A stretch of DNA of 64,000 nucleotides, taken from Hamiltosporidium tvaerminnensis FI-OER-3-3. Taxonomy: Eukaryota > Fungi > Microsporidia. This document shows positions 60,050-64,000 of the stretch, one piece after another. Made by a program: the position numbers and the translations under genes. Where the stretch lies: positions 1,550,001 through 1,614,000 of the forward strand of contig CM061246.1 of NCBI GenBank assembly GCA_022605425.2. The letters are read 5' to 3'. Within the stretch, counting starts at the first letter, position 1. The number at the start of each line of letters is the position of its first letter. Below the pieces are notes generated by a model. It had not been told where the DNA came from. It did no database searches and was given only the letters and a program-made list of their open reading frames with translations.

Positions 60050-62300
60050 TACAGAAGTAATAAGTGCTACTTCCTAATCCTAGTTTTAAAATTTAAAACA
60101 TAATCTTTAAATGAAATAAGTCAGTATAATTCCAAGTTATTGAAACAGTTATGTTTTTTTCAAACCATGTCACTGTTTCTCTAAAAAAAATTTAATAAAA
60201 TAATTTATTTGTTAAGACTTGTTTTATGATCTTTAATCATTGTTTAGGTTTGTATTTCATTCATCAGATTGTTCTTTTTTTGTGAAAGTCTCTATGTTTT
60301 GTCTTCAATATTTTACTTAAATTAAAGCTACCACATTGAATGCAACGGGTGTCACCGGTGATTACAGTTTATTAAATGTGCAACGAATTATTTCATAAAT
60401 TAACTGTTACCTGTAAATTATATTTAAACAAAATATTTAATACATAGTGAAAAATTCATTTTGATCAAAGAAAAAAACCGGTAAAATTTGTGTGGTATTC
60501 AACAATTTAAATCTATTCTAAACAAATATTTAAAATCTTTGATGTATGTTTGCAGAATACATTCTTATTCATTGATATAGGAAAATATAATATTTCATAC
60601 CTCAATCTAAAATCTTTCCATGTGGTCGTACATGTCATTTTCTAACTCTTTTCGGGATTTTATATAAATTCTAAATCATCACAAAACTAGTGAAATTTAG
60701 AATAAAGCTGAATTATTAAATAAAATATTGCTATTATTCCAAGTATAAACTATAGATATGGTTGTAAATTTAATTTTTTCTTTCAAAGTACGACCATAAT
60801 GAAATCTTCTATTAAATATTCGTGTAATCTCCCAACGGCGACGACTCGCCCTGAAATGTTTAATTGATTATAAAAACTTAAGATTCCAACAACAGTGTTC
60901 TGATTAAGAATCTGACTTTTATAAATTGTTAATCAATCTTACACAGCCAAGATTAGTATGCAGATATACAACAAAAAAATTTTAAAGGTAGATTGTTTTA
61001 AAAAACTATTAGCACTAACTATTTTAAAAACACTTTCTAGATTGTAGTACATTGTAAGAAAAGCATTAATTAATGTTTTTTTAAGTTTTTATTTTTAAGT
61101 AAGATCTAATCCAATATATTTGTTAGAATTTCTTTTTAAGCTTTGCTACTGCTACATAAATAACTATAGAATAATATAATGTTTTTTTGTCTTTCGTCTG
61201 AAAAATTTATTTATATTCTTAATGATAATTACGAAAAACAATTATTATTTATATGGACTATGGAATTTTATACCTGATTAAATTAAAAGATTAACAATAA
61301 AGGTCACTAGGAAGTTGAAGAAAAATGAAACAACAAATACAGCGCATCATTAAAAAACGATTGATTCGAAAAAATTCTAAAAAGAAAGAATACATAATAA
61401 TTCAAACGAGATTGTATACGGAGCAGAACATATCAACCATAAAATATCAAGATAATGCTCGTAAAAAATTAAATCAAATAGATTAGAATACGAGAAATAT
61501 CCAGACAAAAGGATCCTGTATTTTTATCAGGAAATTCCTCAACAAGACGGCAAATAATTCAGATATGAAAAACTAAAAAAAATATAAAATCACAAACGTA
61601 GCAATGGTATAAAATCCCAATTGAAAAGATTGAAAATTTATTGCTCTGAAAATAAAGTCTAATATTATAAATCAAATCAACCTTATTTTTCTCTATTGAA
61701 TGTAAACTTTAGTTTTGTTCAAAGAACCTTAAATATTCATTACAAATAACATCTGACATTTAAAAAATATCTCTTTTTTTTAGTTTCAACAATTTCAAGA
61801 AAATCCTGAAAAGATTAACTGTATCTAAAGCCAATCAAAAAAGTTTTTTTTTGACTTTTAAAATTATTATTCCGAATTTTGACATCAGTTTTTATTTATG
61901 ATCAAGTATAAGTTTAAAAAATATTTTTAAAATATATCATAGTGCTTCAAAACATAAATATTCTAAAGCTGCTTTTGATTTTTGCAAATAAATCTATCCT
62001 TAGAGATATTAACAAGAACTATTTTATTTGTTCTTAAATATTTTTCTTAACAATTTAACCTTCAAAAAATACAACCATTATTTTCGCTCTTTTCATCTTC
62101 TACAACATAAAGTTAATTTTTTATTTTCTGACCTTTCCATGAAAAACATTACAAGGGTAACAAAATTAAGAAAATTATAATATGATGATTTATAACACAC
62201 AATTTTACGACAAAGCTTAAAATATGAGGTAAAAAATAAAATTAATTTGATATTAAATTTTAAATTATTAAAACACAATTAAATAATTCCTAATTATCTT

Positions 62301-64000
62301 TCAAACCCAAGGTTGCCAACCAGGAAATAATTTAACTAAATTTTCTATAGAAGTAGCCTTTTCTAATAAGAAACACACATGTGAGTCTTCAGAAAAACAA
62401 AAACCAGATTCTATACCACTTAATTTTTCCTTCATTCTAAAAATTATTTTTTCGGCATCCGTAAAAAGCTTAATATCACTCTTTTTACCAATATTTCCTA
62501 TTTTCTTGTCACATAGTATCCATCTATGCAAAGGATCGCTTCTAAAAATTGTCATTAAAGAAAGAATTATTGATTTTTCTTTTTTTAGTTGTTTAAGAGT
62601 CTGCGTCATTATTTCTCGTAAATAAATATTCCGGGTGTTTATTTCTCTCAAAATATAAAGTTTATTTTCATTTTCTAAAGAATCATTATCGTTTGATTTA
62701 TAGTTTAATGTTTTACTTCCTGTTTCTTGTAATTTACTTCTTTTTATTTTTTCTACTTCATTTTCTAAAGAATCATCATCGTTTGATTTGTGGTTTAATT
62801 TTTTACTTTCTGTTTCTTGTAATTTACTTCTTTTTATTTTTTCTACTTCATTTTCTTTTGAAATACTTGAATTTGAAAAATAATTTTCATTTTTAAAAGA
62901 ATCAGTTTTAAAAGTATTTAAACTTATTTTGCACATTAGAGCATCTATAAGATTTCTTGTCATTCTGAATGGAACAGTTTCAGGTGTTTTAAGAAGTCTA
63001 GCTTGATCAAACAGTAAGTTTAAATCTATATTGATTATTTCACCTGTATAAGTATCTATTAATAAATTATGACAGTGTCTATCACCAAGTCCTAGAATAT
63101 AAGTACTTATGCTGCTTATACCTAAAGATTGAACATATTTTCGTTTCATTCTGAAATAAATAAATGGATTGTTGAAGTTTAAAAAGAAATTATTAAAAAC
63201 TGGAATAAAATTTTCGCATATTTCTTTAAAGGTAGATATTTTGCTGTCGAGAGAATGTGAAACAACAGAATTAAAAATATTTCTACATTTTTTTAAATCA
63301 TATTTTTCTGGATACTTTTTTTTATGTAAATTATCTATTAATTCTCCCAAAGTAATTGTATTACTCAAATACTGAACAATTCCAAAAAACTTTTCAAATC
63401 TTACAACTTTATAAGTTCTAATTTTTAGTATATTTTTATTTTCAAAAACCTTATTCATTTGAGAAAACATTTGAAGCGCAATTATATCTTGTCTTAACTC
63501 GTCTTTTCCTTTTATAATTTCTTTATATATTTTACCATCTGATCCTCTGTTTTCAATTAAAATTGGATTATTTATTCCAGGAAGTTTTTTTACCGAAAGT
63601 ATAAATTCTTCAAAAAATACCAAATTTTTGTATTCTGAATTTTTCGATATTTTAAAATTTATGGAAGGAATAGGAATTTCTTTGAATGAAATATCTTCAT
63701 TGAAATTTTTTTCATTTCTATAAATACATTTGTATGATTCAATCATTCTTTCAATATTTTTTACATTTTTAATATTATTTTTGAACAAATTAAAGTGTTC
63801 AGAAGAGGATGTAAAACGTTCATAAGTTCCTTTTTCTTTAGACTTTAGTGTATCCATGCTTTTAATATCCATTTTATTCTTTATTGAACAATAAACTTCA
63901 AACACTACATGAATAAAATGATCATTACAAAGTCTATAAATTGTTTTTTTTAAATATTCAGAATCAGAATTAAAATACTTGGAAATTAATTGGTATTTAG
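62301..64000 (-). CDS. TEL1: Tel1/ATM-like PIKK kinase, 3' part (continues beyond the window)
   Basis: KGKDELRQD, LGLGDRHCHNLLID, PETVPFRMTRN and FATC LFPGWQPWV. The frame stays open to the window end (…RLCNDHFIH…). Confidence 0.9.
   Translation of the reverse strand, partial: KYQLISKYFNSDSEYLKKTIYRLCNDHFIHVVFEVYCSIKNKMDIKSMDTLKSKEKGTYERFTSSSEHFNLFKNNIKNVKNIERMIESYKCIYRNEKNFNEDISFKEIPIPSINFKISKNSEYKNLVFFEEFILSVKKLPGINNPILIENRGSDGKIYKEIIKGKDELRQDIIALQMFSQMNKVFENKNILKIRTYKVVRFEKFFGIVQYLSNTITLGELIDNLHKKKYPEKYDLKKCRNIFNSVVSHSLDSKISTFKEICENFIPVFNNFFLNFNNPFIYFRMKRKYVQSLGISSISTYILGLGDRHCHNLLIDTYTGEIINIDLNLLFDQARLLKTPETVPFRMTRNLIDALMCKISLNTFKTDSFKNENYFSNSSISKENEVEKIKRSKLQETESKKLNHKSNDDDSLENEVEKIKRSKLQETGSKTLNYKSNDNDSLENENKLYILREINTRNIYLREIMTQTLKQLKKEKSIILSLMTIFRSDPLHRWILCDKKIGNIGKKSDIKLFTDAEKIIFRMKEKLSGIESGFCFSEDSHVCFLLEKATSIENLVKLFPGWQPWV
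62667..62856. repeat. 90-bp in-frame tandem duplication inside the kinase gene
   Basis: TTTTCTAAAGAATCAT at 62671 and 62761; protein ENEVEKIKRSKLQET.SK.LN.KSND.DSL occurs twice. Confidence 0.95.

Noticed and set aside
60332-60366. piggyBac-like terminus with TCACCGGTGA palindrome
   Set aside because: No matching second TIR, abutting TTAA or transposase found.

Overview
This is eukaryotic, very AT-rich, gene-sparse and apparently intron-free DNA, most consistent with a large-genome microsporidian. That assignment is inference, from a CCC motif just upstream of nearly every ATG, compact divergent fungal-like proteins, and AATAAA close to stop codons. Intact genes are a Set1-like methyltransferase, a PWI/CCCH/RRM protein, arginyl-tRNA synthetase, a MARCH5-like RING-CH ligase, a hypothetical protein, a C2H2 protein, a Sec22-like SNARE, a PHD+SET trithorax-like protein and a 2374-aa HECT ligase. 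The 3' ends of a PP1 phosphatase and a Tel1/ATM kinase run off the window edges. Two genes are disrupted: a RhoGAP and a signal-anchored USP deubiquitinase. Intergenic DNA holds seven decayed R4/Dong-like RLE retrotransposon copies, an RTE-type RT remnant and a Buster-type hAT element. The most interesting signal is a set of non-coding retroposons. One is a ~730-bp, hairpin-rich, ORF-less element in six copies, with TSDs and a fixed 5' end. The other is a ~230-bp element in three copies that shares the same ~105-nt head but ends in the 3' tail of the RTE LINE in this window. Boundaries of decayed elements were aligned by eye and are approximate.
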